Source: Corallochytrium limacisporum Hawaii (Eukaryota > Protista > Pluriformea). From it: a DNA stretch of 64,000 bases. Of the stretch, positions 35,386-46,479 are shown one piece after another. A program made the position numbers and the translations under genes. The stretch spans positions 850 through 64,849 of the forward strand of contig PDIP01000070.1 of assembly GCA_002811645.1 (NCBI GenBank). Reading direction: 5' to 3'. Within the stretch, counting starts at the first letter, position 1. Each line of letters opens with the position of its first letter. Under the pieces are notes generated by a model. It was not told where the DNA came from. It was given only the letters and a program-made list of their open reading frames with translations, and ran no database searches.

Positions 35386-37275
35386 TTAGAGGTCATAGGT
35401 CTTTACTACCTCACGCAAAGGTTGACGATCGAACGGACACACCTGCTTCTTCGCGTTGTAGCATTTCATGGCACAGGAGAAGCACAGTCTATGCCCGCAA
35501 GGGACCAACACAGCATCCCGGGAGCGTGTGAGACAGACATTGCAGTTGTTCATGCCCTGGTCCTCGAGTACGGTTGAATGATCGTTGGCGTTTGCGACCG
35601 CATGCTCGCTGATCTCGTCGGTCCGAGTCCGTGCTGAAATAGTGGCAGCAGGAGACAGCCCAGCGCTCGTTCGAGTTTGAACCGTAATTGTATACCCGTG
35701 GTCGGAGAAAAGATTCTGAATGTCACATGCCCGCACATCACCATTCACACGCACTGTTTGTGCACTCCCCGGATCAGCAGCATCTCCTTCGCTTGCAAAG
35801 TATGCAATCGTAAACCCCTCAATGGGAGCACCATTACATAGGCCATCCACGTCTGTATTGCAATTCCATTGCAGGGTCATGAACCGTACACCACGAGCGA
35901 CACATACAACCTGAGGAGGTTTACTGGGTGCTCTTACTTTGGAAGTCGTCATAGATTTCTGCCACAGTATTCTGTGTTTACCAGCTCGGATACTGACATT
36001 GTAGCAGGTCTCTGGGGTCAGGCCAGTGATGATGCACATTCCCATGTCGACGGAGCATGGCTTTGACTCATCATTGTATTGTACGGTCACCGTGTCATCA
36101 TCCGCCAATAAAGTTGTCCATTCCGCGCGCATGCTCATCCACTCCACAGTCGCGGCTGCAGGAGAAATATGACTGATTGAAGGTTCGCAGCTGTGTTCTT
36201 CATTGACTGCGTCATCAGTGTGATCGAGGTCTTCCACAAAGACATCGACAAGAGGCCATTGTACTCTAATGGGCGTTCCTCTAGTGCCTAAGAACTCCAA
36301 GGTGGCCAGTCCTATGTCATGCATTTCGACCAACAGCCCCTCGATCCAATCGATACCGTCTTGAGACCGTGACAGATATTGATCATCTGGACGCCCAGCT
36401 ACTTGGATACGAATCTTTTCGCGGCCCTTGAGGTCCATCTCGGTGACTCTCCTTCGCGGTACTACATGGCGAATTCGATCCCGTGCGAGTCGGTCCGGGT
36501 TTCGTGATGATCCCGGGTAGTCAATAAAAAACACGGTCACTGCTCCGCTGCTGTCGGTCTCTGGAACCGCTCCGTCTGCGGCGCTCAAAATATCCTTGTC
36601 AACAATTCGTGCGGCGTACCACACATTGGCATGGATGTAATATGTAATGCCTGTTGCCTCGTCGAAGAGATTGTAGGGTCCAGCCACTAGGCATTCTTGA
36701 GATTCAGCTTGCTGTAGGACCAGCACTGAATGTGATGAGCCCGCTGCAGCGGTCGAAGGCGCTGTATCCTCCACCAAGTCAGGCACCTCGTCATCGTCTT
36801 CACTTGGAGAAGGAATCTTTAGGCGCCTTGGTTCAATGTGCACACGATCCCGATCGAGCTTGCACAATACGTTCTCTCCATCTTGTCCCACAAAAATTAA
36901 GACCGCGTCATTGTCCGACAGGGTTGCCAACCTTGCCACCAGCCAGTCGTTTGTAGTATGTCCTTGAATTTGTACTAGATCTCCGGGGCGCACAGGATCC
37001 TTTGCCTGTAGCATCTTGATTCGCTGTGGCTCTTTCCGAATCAGCTCTGCGCTGATGATATCTGGATTCGGCTGCCATGTTGGATAGTCCAGATACTTTA
37101 CCAAACCCTTCTTGGCATTCTGATCATATGATAGCAACTCTGCGCGGTACCAGCCCTCGCAGTGTACAAGAAGAGGTCTATGCAATGGTCCCGGAGACAA
37201 GCTCGTCAATCCCCGCCAGCAGACCTCTACTTGAGATCCAACTAGCCCACTCAGTGCCTGACTTCCTGACTCCAT
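35386..37275 (-). CDS. Putative E3 ligase: repeated Tudor/Agenet-like units, fibronectin type III domain(s) and C-terminal RING, 629 aa
   Basis: RING CNVC...VLVPCGHRLCFSC...CPFD at the C-terminus. FN3 signatures LQW...NGAPIEGFTIAY...IQNLFSDHGYTITVQT and ITGLTPETCYNVSIRA. Duplicated WY-x-A...(Y/F)-x-DYP...NPD...IR unit. Confidence 0.85.
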   Translation of the reverse strand: MESGSQALSGLVGSQVEVCWRGLTSLSPGPLHRPLLVHCEGWYRAELLSYDQNAKKGLVKYLDYPTWQPNPDIISAELIRKEPQRIKMLQAKDPVRPGDLVQIQGHTTNDWLVARLATLSDNDAVLIFVGQDGENVLCKLDRDRVHIEPRRLKIPSPSEDDDEVPDLVEDTAPSTAAAGSSHSVLVLQQAESQECLVAGPYNLFDEATGITYYIHANVWYAARIVDKDILSAADGAVPETDSSGAVTVFFIDYPGSSRNPDRLARDRIRHVVPRRRVTEMDLKGREKIRIQVAGRPDDQYLSRSQDGIDWIEGLLVEMHDIGLATLEFLGTRGTPIRVQWPLVDVFVEDLDHTDDAVNEEHSCEPSISHISPAAATVEWMSMRAEWTTLLADDDTVTVQYNDESKPCSVDMGMCIITGLTPETCYNVSIRAGKHRILWQKSMTTSKVRAPSKPPQVVCVARGVRFMTLQWNCNTDVDGLCNGAPIEGFTIAYFASEGDAADPGSAQTVRVNGDVRACDIQNLFSDHGYTITVQTRTSAGLSPAATISARTRTDEISEHAVANANDHSTVLEDQGMNNCNVCLTRSRDAVLVPCGHRLCFSCAMKCYNAKKQVCPFDRQPLREVVKTYDL

Positions 37276-38039
37276 ATCGAATCCTTCATCCTATGGTGCC
37301 ATGACTCTTTCATGCCAGCTTTCACGGTCAAGGTGCAGAATTCTATCCTCGCCTTTCAGCGTCTGATCTGTGTCGTCATGTTCCAATCGGCCTCAAGTAC
37401 TCTGTCGCTCCTTAGTCTCTTCATTGGTCACTCTGTCAGAATGCTTGCCTCGCGACAGAAAGAGAGGCTAAGGACGTGTGTTGAAGCAAGGTCCGTCCCC
37501 GTTTCGCCTGCGTACAAGGGCCAAGTGGCTGACCGGGTACTCAAAACGTCGCGCGCTTCGCCGGTGGCTAGGTGATGTCCGACTTGCCCGTTTCTCCTCG
37601 AAGGGCCCGCTAAAATCAGGCCCCCCTTGCGGACCCGATGTTGCTGCTCGCCAAGGGAAGCAAAGGATACGTCCCGCCTCGGTTGTGAAACAACGGCAAT
37701 ACGGTGGTACCAAATTTCACAACCCGGGCGGAAGACGCGACTTTCGGGTGAGGGGGGAAGCCCCTCCCCGGGGGGGGAGGGGTTAGAGCGGCAGGGGAGA
37801 GGGTGTCCGGACTCTCAGCGGGAGAGTGGGTCTCTCGTTTTGGAATGTATATTGAAATACGAACCGTACACAGAATGCACACAGCTTGGTACAAAGGGTG
37901 TGGCATTTGAACATCTCTATTGGTGGATGATAAGAAGCCTCAGCTCACTAAATGTAGAACTGTGAAAATCAAAGGCACGATACAATGCACTGTCGTTAGA
38001 AGACGGCGTTGGGTAAGGGATCGACGAAAGATAACAACG

Positions 38040-40268
38040 ATGTCGACTCCCGCGGCTGTGGATACAAACGGGAGCTGTCCCAGAACTGCGGATGGAAAAG
38101 AGCGGGCTAGAAAGCTGGTTCAACTGTACTTTGTGATGTTGACCGCAGGATGCGGCACGCAGGACTGTGGAGGATTGAGCTGCGTAAGCAACATTGGTAG
38201 TGAACAAGAGGTGCCAACCAATGAAGCTGCAGCCAAAGCTTTGGAGCTCTGGCTGCAGTACAATGAAAAAGCTCTTTGCAAAGGACTACAGAAGCAATGG
38301 GAACAGTGGGTTGAGAAAACTGCTGAGATAATTCCAGAGACAATCGAAGGCCAGATCAACTATGCGTGTACAAACAGATCGAATCTCGTGAACATGTTCA
38401 CCCCGACTGCCTCATCGAGCCATGCAATGGAGACGGATTCTAAAAGGACAACAAAACGCAAGGCTTCTTTGCCATTGGACCATATTCGCGAAATCTACAG
38501 TCGCTGGCTGGAGTCTGAAGACGAATCTGCCATTAAGGATTGCTTGTTCACTGCTATGGAGAAGTTAACTGATGGGATCGACAGGATTGATGACACTGCT
38601 GAAAATTTCAACGCCACAGAATGGTTGACATTTCTCAATGTTATATGCCTCAATCCAGAGATCATGGACATCGGATACCAGCCGACTGTGATGCTGCAGA
38701 CAATGCGGTCCCTGCAGCAGCTATCGGCGGACAATAGGGTGCACTTGATCATCATGTGGTCACACATGGACTATGATGGTCTCTTTCATCTGAGAAGTAT
38801 TTTTCAACAGTGCATCACGTTACGGCTGCTAATGACCGATGAACCACTGGTCCCAAATGATGACGAGAGCATCATTCTGGCCACGCAGTGCTTGAAGATG
38901 GTCTACGATGCAAATGAGATTGGTGAAAAGACCATCATCCCGTATCGGTACTTCTACAATGAAGCACTTACGGAGAACTTAGATATCAAGTTAGATCACA
39001 GCCGTTGGAAAGAGCTGACAAAGGGTTTCAGTTTTTGCAACAATTACCAGTTCATTCTGGAACCTCAGGTGAAATCAGAGATCTTGAAGCTAGAGAATCA
39101 GTTGCAAATGCGACATGAGATGCAGCAGGCATACTTCAGAGCTATCTTCGCACAGCCCATGAATCCGTTCCTATCAATCCGGATACGTAGGGAATACCTA
39201 ATTCGTGATGCCTTGTTCCAATTGCAGAACAAAGAACCGTCCCAGCTGAGGAAGCAATTGCGTGTCGAATTCAGTGGTGAAGACGGTGTGGACGATGGTG
39301 GTCTCCGCAAGGAATTCTTCCAGCTGATCACTCGAGAAATCTTCTCTGAAGACTACGGTATGTTCACATACGACAAGGTTCATCATCATTACTGGATCAA
39401 TCCCAACTCTATCGATGCATCGGCAGAGTTTGAACTGGTTGGCAAGATCCTTGGTTTGGCCATCTACAACTCGATCATTCTGGATGTCCGCTTCCCGACG
39501 GTGATATATAAGAAATTGCTCGGCAAGGACGGCGTCTTTGCCGATCTGGCCCTGTCCCATCCGGATGTATATCAAGGACTGTCGAAACTGCTTGAGATGC
39601 CCCCGGATGACATTGAAGACGTGGGCTTGACGTTCAGTGTTGATGAGGAACATTTTGGTACTGTACGTCAGATTGAATTGAAGCCAGGCGGCGGTGACAT
39701 TGCTGTTACCGGTGGAAATGTCAAGGATTACGTACATCGCTATGCCAATCACATCCTTAACGGAAGCATTGCAGAGAACTTCAATGCGTTTAAGACTGGG
39801 TTTGAAGAGGTGGCAACTGTCCAGAGTGAGAAGGAACTTACTGGGTCCTCGAGTAATCTGGCAAAGAGCCAGATTGCACTGTACCTCTTCCGAGCGGAGG
39901 AGCTGGAACTGTTGATTAAGGGCTCTGATGTCCTGGATTTTGAGGCCCTCAAAAAGGTTACCATCTACGATGGTGGCCTTACTGCGGAGCACCCTCTGGC
40001 AAAGAATTTCTGGGCTGCTGTAGACGAGATGACCGATGAAGAACGCAAGGATTTACTGCGATTCACCACCGGCACGGATCGCTGTCCTATTGGGGGACTC
40101 GGCCGAATGCAATTCATAGTTGCCAAGAATGGTGCGGACTCTGATCGTTTGCCAACAGCGCACACATGCTTCAATGTGCTCCTACTGCCGAATTATGAGA
40201 CGAAGGAAAAGTTGCAGGAGCGCCTTCTTAAAGCCATCAAGAATAGTGAAGGCTTTGGTCTGTGCTAA
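38040..40268 (+). CDS. UBE3A: HECT E3 ubiquitin ligase UBE3A/E6AP-like, 742 aa
   Basis: First in-frame ATG at 38040. AZUL zinc motif YFVMLTAGCGTQDCGGLSC...NEAAAKALEL. HECT motifs GEDGVDDGGLRKEFFQL and RLPTAHTCFNVLLLP (catalytic Cys). Ends GFGLC. Confidence 0.92.
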   Translation: MSTPAAVDTNGSCPRTADGKERARKLVQLYFVMLTAGCGTQDCGGLSCVSNIGSEQEVPTNEAAAKALELWLQYNEKALCKGLQKQWEQWVEKTAEIIPETIEGQINYACTNRSNLVNMFTPTASSSHAMETDSKRTTKRKASLPLDHIREIYSRWLESEDESAIKDCLFTAMEKLTDGIDRIDDTAENFNATEWLTFLNVICLNPEIMDIGYQPTVMLQTMRSLQQLSADNRVHLIIMWSHMDYDGLFHLRSIFQQCITLRLLMTDEPLVPNDDESIILATQCLKMVYDANEIGEKTIIPYRYFYNEALTENLDIKLDHSRWKELTKGFSFCNNYQFILEPQVKSEILKLENQLQMRHEMQQAYFRAIFAQPMNPFLSIRIRREYLIRDALFQLQNKEPSQLRKQLRVEFSGEDGVDDGGLRKEFFQLITREIFSEDYGMFTYDKVHHHYWINPNSIDASAEFELVGKILGLAIYNSIILDVRFPTVIYKKLLGKDGVFADLALSHPDVYQGLSKLLEMPPDDIEDVGLTFSVDEEHFGTVRQIELKPGGGDIAVTGGNVKDYVHRYANHILNGSIAENFNAFKTGFEEVATVQSEKELTGSSSNLAKSQIALYLFRAEELELLIKGSDVLDFEALKKVTIYDGGLTAEHPLAKNFWAAVDEMTDEERKDLLRFTTGTDRCPIGGLGRMQFIVAKNGADSDRLPTAHTCFNVLLLPNYETKEKLQERLLKAIKNSEGFGLC

Positions 40269-40405
40269 AGAAAGCCCATTTAAAACTCGCGTGATGCAGC
40301 TTTAAGTACGGTTACCTAACTACTAGAATCTTTCATTTGTCTTCACGGTATGTGTGCTAGTCTCTCATCTCCTATTTACTAATGAAGTCACGTTCCCCTA
40401 AATAT

Positions 40406-41320
40406 TTAGCATCGCTTTAGCAAATCCTTAGCTTCATCCTGGGCGCCCTGATCGTCGGCATCGACTATGGGCAGCTTCAGTGCCTTCTCTAGCCACGGCT
40501 TGGCCTCTTCCGGTTTGCCCATTTTCAGGTAGCACTTGCCAATCATAACCTGGTTCTTCTTGTAGAATCCAGGCTCCAGCTTTTCAGCCTCGACAAAATG
40601 CTGTAGGGCTTCCTCCCAGGTACTCTCCGGGATGGTACCGAAGATGGCAGCTGCAATTCGACGCTCGTACCATGCCACCTCGGATACACCAACGCACCAC
40701 ATTCCGAGCAGGTGACGGCTAGTAGGGTCCTGCGGGTTCAGCTCGCAGGCCTTGTCAAAGTGCTCGCGGATCTTCATAATGTTCCCTATCTTCTCCTTGG
40801 TTGCCAAAAAGTCACCCAGAGCACTAAGAGTGATGGCGTACCACTTGTGGACAGCGAAATCATTATCCTGGTCCATGGCCAGTGCCTCTGTGGCGAGGTT
40901 TTGAGCCTCCCGTATAAACGCTTCCTTCTGCTTCTTGTCCGTGGCTGCATCTCCGAGCTTGTATGCGCACCGGGCCTGACGCCACTTGATGGCCGCAGAG
41001 CCTGGGGCCAGCGCGTCGTAGTCCGCCAGAAGCCTGGCGAGTGCCTCCATGTCATTACGTTCGAACAGTTGATCCGCGAGAGCGATCACGCTCTGCAGGT
41101 CAGGCGCCTTGCATTGGACCACAACCAAGGGGGAGAACGTGTAATACGCCACAAAAGCAGCCACACCTCCGGATGCGGCAGCAAACATGGAAGATCTGAT
41201 GCCCTTGCTGCTGATACTGCCGTACGATCTTGCCGTGCTTAATGGCCGCGACACTGCCACCCTGACAGCGCCCGGCCGAACGGAGCGGACTGCCAGTCCC
41301 CGATGCAAACCGCGCATCAT
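40406..41320 (-). CDS. RMDN1: Regulator of microtubule dynamics protein 1-like (FAM82B), TPR-like, 304 aa
   Basis: Arg/Ser-rich presequence-like N-terminus. Motifs WRQARCAY, FAVHKWYAI, KEKI...IREHFDKACELNPQDPTSRHLLGMWC, WYERRIAAAIFG, PGFYKKN. Confidence 0.88.
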   Translation of the reverse strand: MMRGLHRGLAVRSVRPGAVRVAVSRPLSTARSYGSISSKGIRSSMFAAASGGVAAFVAYYTFSPLVVVQCKAPDLQSVIALADQLFERNDMEALARLLADYDALAPGSAAIKWRQARCAYKLGDAATDKKQKEAFIREAQNLATEALAMDQDNDFAVHKWYAITLSALGDFLATKEKIGNIMKIREHFDKACELNPQDPTSRHLLGMWCVGVSEVAWYERRIAAAIFGTIPESTWEEALQHFVEAEKLEPGFYKKNQVMIGKCYLKMGKPEEAKPWLEKALKLPIVDADDQGAQDEAKDLLKRC

Positions 41321-43227
41321 GGTTGGTCTACTCTAAGTTACAACAAAGAACTAACCCCTCACTGAATGGACAAAACGATAGCCACCAGGCTAAGAAAGAA
41401 CTTGAAATCTTCAGATACCCATGTCTTACGTGGCTTGGTAGTGCTGACACGCCCTCGACCCATCATCCGTCGGGCTCTCTCCTGACCGGGCACGAGTCCC
41501 TCTCCGAGATCTCACGCAGGGAACCCAGATCGCTCCGTTAGGCCCCCGAATCATCCGTACAAAGTCTATTCATCCCGGGATCCCATAAACAAACCGGGAC
41601 CTATCGGAAAGGAGGGGGGGGGGGATAACCCTCACCCTACCCGCCCCGTGGCTCAGGGAAAAAGGTCTCAGACCCACTGCTCCCCCCGGAAGGGGGGGGG
41701 GAGGAGGGAGAGGTGGCCCTACCGTTTCCACTTTTATTCATGATGCGCGAACCCCGTGCCAATATTAGGCCCCGTGCTTACGTCGGCAGGAATCAATCAA
41801 GTTTGATCATATTCCTTTGATTTGATATTTAAAGAAATACCAGGGGGCGCCTGTCCAGGAGAAAAAGTTAAAAAGTGGTGTCGCCAAAAGGCGGCAAGGC
41901 CCAACCGCTCTTATTCTGCCGCCATTGGCCATTTTTGGACCAATGAGAGGCCCCCATTGGGGGAGCGCTGTCGTCCGAATGGTCACAAAGGAAGGGACCG
42001 CGCAGGAATGACGCACAAGCAAAGCAGCAAGAGCGGTTTTGGATGGTTTCCGGTAGAAAATATACTGGCTCTTTCTGTTGCAAGCGGCGAGAGGAGCGTT
42101 AGAAAAAATATTTCTCACAGCCCGGATTCCAGCAAGGTCAGAAACGGACCTGATCGCGACGAAGCCGCGATACCTATATATAATGTACTGAGTTCCTTAT
42201 CTGCTAGGACGGGGAGGGGCAATACATGTGAAAGGCGCGACATGCTAAAATTAAAAAGGTGGTCCACGAAAATATCTCCGGTAGTTTCAGTACAGCGGCA
42301 TTAATGTTCTTCCATCTCCAGCTTAAACCTTCTCATTCATTATCTCTATGAACGCAGAGCGGTCTTTTTTTTTTCTTATAAAGGGGGAGAGGCAGCGGGA
42401 CGGCCATGCCCAGCCAAAACCAGTGTTTAGCAGAAAATTCAGAGGTGAGCACATACACGCCGAACCCAGTCTGAATGTACTGGACTTGCAAAGCTGATGT
42501 CCGAAAATCGAGAGCGCGTCCCCGATGTAGCGGGCTCTGTTGGTCATCGATCGTCAGCAACCGCACATCGAGAGAACCGAAGACCAAGACGATCTGATTT
42601 TTTGCTGCGGTTGGTAATAGCGCACCCACCCTCCCCACCACCAAGAACAAAACCCACCTCTCCCTCCCTTTCCCTCCCCTCCACCTCCCTCCTTCTCAAC
42701 GGGAAGGAAAAGGGGGGGGGGGAGAACTTCGGAACCACCCACGAAAGCCTGAACTCTTCAACCACTGTTGGGACGTTTTGATTCTGTTCGTTACTGTTGT
42801 CTGTTAGTTGTTGCCCTCGCTGCTGGGTGCAGGAAGTGGGTATGTGTGTGAGTGTGTATGTGTAGAGAGATACACCGTTGCGGCCGTCAACCGTGCTTCC
42901 GCCTCCCGTTGGGTAGGCGCGCTTTGACCCTGACGGCCGGCTTCGATGGTTGCGGGGGTGGGAGAAAGGGGTTCCATGTTCGAGCTGGAGTCCGCGCAGA
43001 GTGATACTCGCGTCGCGGATTTTACGTCGCAACGGTAGGACCGCTGGAATGTGTTTGGTTTGCAGGAAGTCTGCGAGATCTATTTCAAAAAGGAAGGAAA
43101 ATAAAAAGGAAAGTGGAATATTTCCGCACATAAATGGTCAAGATTTGAAAAGTATAGGTGTGACGAACGGAGGTGTGGGAAACGATCCATCAATGAACGG
43201 GTGATAGAGAGGTGCCTAGAGTGTGCC

Positions 43228-45132
43228 ATGGATGAAAGAGAAACTGCTTCCGAAATGGCCACAGTAACCCAAGGAAAAATGGACAGCTCTGCACGGCAGC
43301 TTCATGCTGAACACGAGGAGTCAAAAATTTCTACGAACAATTCGGGAAGTGCATCTGATTTATACAGTGACGATGAGGACGACGACATCCTTGTTGATAT
43401 GCCAGGTAAAAAGAAGGATGCGGGCATGTCACTGCTCGACTTCCTCAGAGACAGTGCTGTTGAACCCCCTCCGGAAGAAGAGCGCAGGTTGAGCAATGGT
43501 GGTGGCAAGGGAAAGCGTGTGGAAGTCACCAGCAAGAATCTCATTGAGGAGGATAGTGAGACTACTAGTGTCACCAGCGGAATGAATCAATGGGACCGGC
43601 CACAGGTAACATTGAAGCGCCGTGACAGTATATTCAATGTGGGTACCCCTCGGGGAACCCCTGTTGCAGCCAGTAGCCTCGGCAGTCAGATGAGCAACAT
43701 GGATATTCCTGGAGTGAGATGGACGGACATTTATTGCCCAACAGAGTCAGACAACGCACCGGGGGGCAACCCTTGTGAAGATTTGGCTCTGAAGCGTCAC
43801 AGCATGTACCAGGATCTGGTCGAACGCATGAAGACAGCAGACGGTGGGTTGGCCGTGCAAGATTACAAGAGTTTCCGCAAGGTAACCCCCGATGTATTCT
43901 TTGCTAGTGATCTGGTGTCATGGATCCAGAACTACAGCAAATTCCCGACACGTGAGTTGGCTCTCAACTTGGCACAGCAGCTGTACCAAAATGGATATCT
44001 GTTCCCGATCAGTTTTGTCGCCCTAGGCGACGAGCAGATTATGTGTCGGTTCCAGACCCCCCTGTGGTGGCCAACGCAGCCCAAAGTGCCAACCGACCAG
44101 GACTACGCGCTCTTCCTGATCAAGAAAGGTCTGACCAAAAAGACAAAGACTACACTACTGCCGTACGAGCAAGAGAATATGCGTGCGTTGAAAGAACTCC
44201 TTGGCAAGGATTGGGCAAAGATCGAAGTCAAGGCAGCAGAACAAAACAAGAAGCAGAAGTCGTCGGCGATATCCAAGTTGTCGAAAGACAAGCGACTATC
44301 TCGGGATCGCAAGATTTACGAATCGCAGGAGCAGGCATTCTGGTACTACCATCGGCCACCTTTTGACATGGGGCAGCGTAACCTGGCGGATCCTAGAATC
44401 CACGTGCGTCACCACAGTCCCCTCTACCCCAATCTTGCCATCCCACCGATGCGCAAAATTGGTCAGGAAGAAGCGGATATGGCCCTCTCAGAATGTATCC
44501 GGAGTCTGAAGATGCAAATGGACAGCCCTATTCCGAAGATCAGCCAGATATCAACCGAGGTGCTGGAACAGATGCAGGAGAACTGGAAGTACGTGAAGGA
44601 TCCCTTGGTGCGTTCCAAGGATTGGGAACACGTTAGTCCGGACGAAGAGGATGACTACCGTACAGATAACCAGTGGTGCTGGCAACCGGACGAAACTCGC
44701 GCCAAGAAACTGGGTACCAGCTTCGTAGTTCTCACAAAGGCACCCGTGTGGAAGGAGCATTGTGATGCACTATTGCGGTCCAATATTGGCATCGCACAAT
44801 TCCATCGTTTTCTGTCGAAAGAATATTCTGATGAGAACCTGAACTTTTATCACGATGCCTGGGTTGTGCGGGCTGCCGGTGCTGAGCTGCTAAACACACA
44901 CATTCGACGTGTGTTTGACACCTACTTCTCTGCAGCAACCGACCACGAAATCAACGCCGACGACAGGGATCGCAAGAAGATCCAAAAGGCCATGGACAGC
45001 AATGAGTACTCTCGGGAAATGTTCGACGATGCTAAGAAGGCCATTTACAATTTGATGGCCAAGGACAGTTTCCCTCGTTTCTTACGAGACGGTACTTTCA
45101 AACAGTTCTTACAATCGCACGACGCTCTATAA
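43228..45132 (+). CDS. R7-family-like regulator of G-protein signalling (DEP-DHEX-GGL-like-RGS)
   Basis: First ATG at 43228. DEP (FFASDLVSWI...ALNLAQQLYQNGYLFPI), RFQTPLWWP, DYALFLIKK, SQEQAFWYYHRPP. RGS box FLSKEYSDENLNFY...EINAD...YNLMAKDSFPRFL. Confidence 0.88.
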   Translation: MDERETASEMATVTQGKMDSSARQLHAEHEESKISTNNSGSASDLYSDDEDDDILVDMPGKKKDAGMSLLDFLRDSAVEPPPEEERRLSNGGGKGKRVEVTSKNLIEEDSETTSVTSGMNQWDRPQVTLKRRDSIFNVGTPRGTPVAASSLGSQMSNMDIPGVRWTDIYCPTESDNAPGGNPCEDLALKRHSMYQDLVERMKTADGGLAVQDYKSFRKVTPDVFFASDLVSWIQNYSKFPTRELALNLAQQLYQNGYLFPISFVALGDEQIMCRFQTPLWWPTQPKVPTDQDYALFLIKKGLTKKTKTTLLPYEQENMRALKELLGKDWAKIEVKAAEQNKKQKSSAISKLSKDKRLSRDRKIYESQEQAFWYYHRPPFDMGQRNLADPRIHVRHHSPLYPNLAIPPMRKIGQEEADMALSECIRSLKMQMDSPIPKISQISTEVLEQMQENWKYVKDPLVRSKDWEHVSPDEEDDYRTDNQWCWQPDETRAKKLGTSFVVLTKAPVWKEHCDALLRSNIGIAQFHRFLSKEYSDENLNFYHDAWVVRAAGAELLNTHIRRVFDTYFSAATDHEINADDRDRKKIQKAMDSNEYSREMFDDAKKAIYNLMAKDSFPRFLRDGTFKQFLQSHDAL

Positions 45133-45198
45133 TGCGAATATAAAAAATATTGGTCTAGGATACAGAAGATGTTCTTTTAGCTGTTATTGCTGTGAGCT

Positions 45199-46479
45199 CT
45201 AAAGCTTCAGGCGCTTTTCTGCTTCATCGAGGGACTCATCCATCTTGCAGAATGCGAAACGCGCATAGTGCGATCCGATGTGTGCGTTCTCTTTACAGTA
45301 GAACGCGCTTGGAGGAATGGCAGTCACGCCCTTTTGTTTCGTTAGGTAGCGACAGAACGCCCAGTCAATGGCCGGGTCGTCGTCTTGGAGTTCCTTCTCC
45401 ACATCCTGAGATACCTTTTTCCTGGCCTCGGAAATGTTTGCCATGATGAAGAATCCACCCTGAGGAACTGTTGGGTGTAGTCCAGCATTGTCAAGGATCG
45501 TAATCAGTTTCTCCCGTTTTCGAGTGTATTCAGCCCGGAGGTACTCGTAGTAATTCGGGAATCCGCCATAGGGATCTTCAGCCTTGATCAGCGCCATTGC
45601 GACGGCCTCTTGGAGTGGAGTGGCCACACTGAATGGAGACCACGCGTGACTGATTGTCACCGCACTGACAAGACTGGCCGGGCCGATGACCCAGCCGATC
45701 TTCCAACCAGTAACACTGAAGGTCTTACCTGCACTGCTGAAGGTTAGCGTCCGATCCCACATGCCAGGGAGAGAAGCAGTGCGTACCATCTTAGTGTCCT
45801 TGTAGGTGATGTGCTCATACACCTCATCGCTGAACACGACTACCTGTGGCCAGGATTCAAGCACCTTGGCCATATCAAGAAGCTCCTTCTCACTGAAAAC
45901 CTTACCAAGGGGGTTGTGTGGGGAGTTGATGATTATTGCCTTAGTTTTAGGGTTGAGCAGCGCTTTCAGTTCTTCTAGATCAACCGTCCAGTCCGCAGAT
46001 GACGAGTGCGTTTTGTGATCCGCGTCCTTGGGGGGATGTAAGGGTAAATAACGGGGCACACCACCTGCCATTTTGAGCTGTGCCACGTAAATGTCAAAGC
46101 TAGGCTCCATCACAATCACTTCGTCGCCCGGGTTGACGAAGCTTTGGATCGCCGCATACAAGCCTTGTGTTACGCCGACGGAAACCATCACCTCGGTCAG
46201 AGGGTTAATGGACTCCCGATTCAAACGCTTACTATACTGGTCAGCCAGGATTTTGACTAGGGGAAGAGCACCAGCAGACCGGGCGTACTGGTTGTGGCCG
46301 GCGTTGAGGGCCTCATGCGCCGCTTCGATTACGAACGGAGGACTCGGCCAGTCAGGAAATCCCTGTCCAAGGTTCACAGACTTGTACTGCACACTCATGG
46401 GCGTGAACTCATGCCAAACAGTCTTCGGTGGGAATTGTGCCACACGATCACTTCGCTGGATCTTAAGTTCCCCCGTCAT
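45199..46479 (-). CDS. Kynurenine aminotransferase / cysteine-S-conjugate beta-lyase (KYAT1/3-like), PLP-dependent
   Basis: VNLGQGFPD, NQYAR, NSPHNPLGKVF, SDEVYE, SAGKTFSVTGWKIG (PLP lysine), RFAFCK. Start set at ATG 46479; an upstream in-frame ATG exists at 46575. Confidence 0.9.
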   Translation of the reverse strand: MTGELKIQRSDRVAQFPPKTVWHEFTPMSVQYKSVNLGQGFPDWPSPPFVIEAAHEALNAGHNQYARSAGALPLVKILADQYSKRLNRESINPLTEVMVSVGVTQGLYAAIQSFVNPGDEVIVMEPSFDIYVAQLKMAGGVPRYLPLHPPKDADHKTHSSSADWTVDLEELKALLNPKTKAIIINSPHNPLGKVFSEKELLDMAKVLESWPQVVVFSDEVYEHITYKDTKMVRTASLPGMWDRTLTFSSAGKTFSVTGWKIGWVIGPASLVSAVTISHAWSPFSVATPLQEAVAMALIKAEDPYGGFPNYYEYLRAEYTRKREKLITILDNAGLHPTVPQGGFFIMANISEARKKVSQDVEKELQDDDPAIDWAFCRYLTKQKGVTAIPPSAFYCKENAHIGSHYARFAFCKMDESLDEAEKRLKL

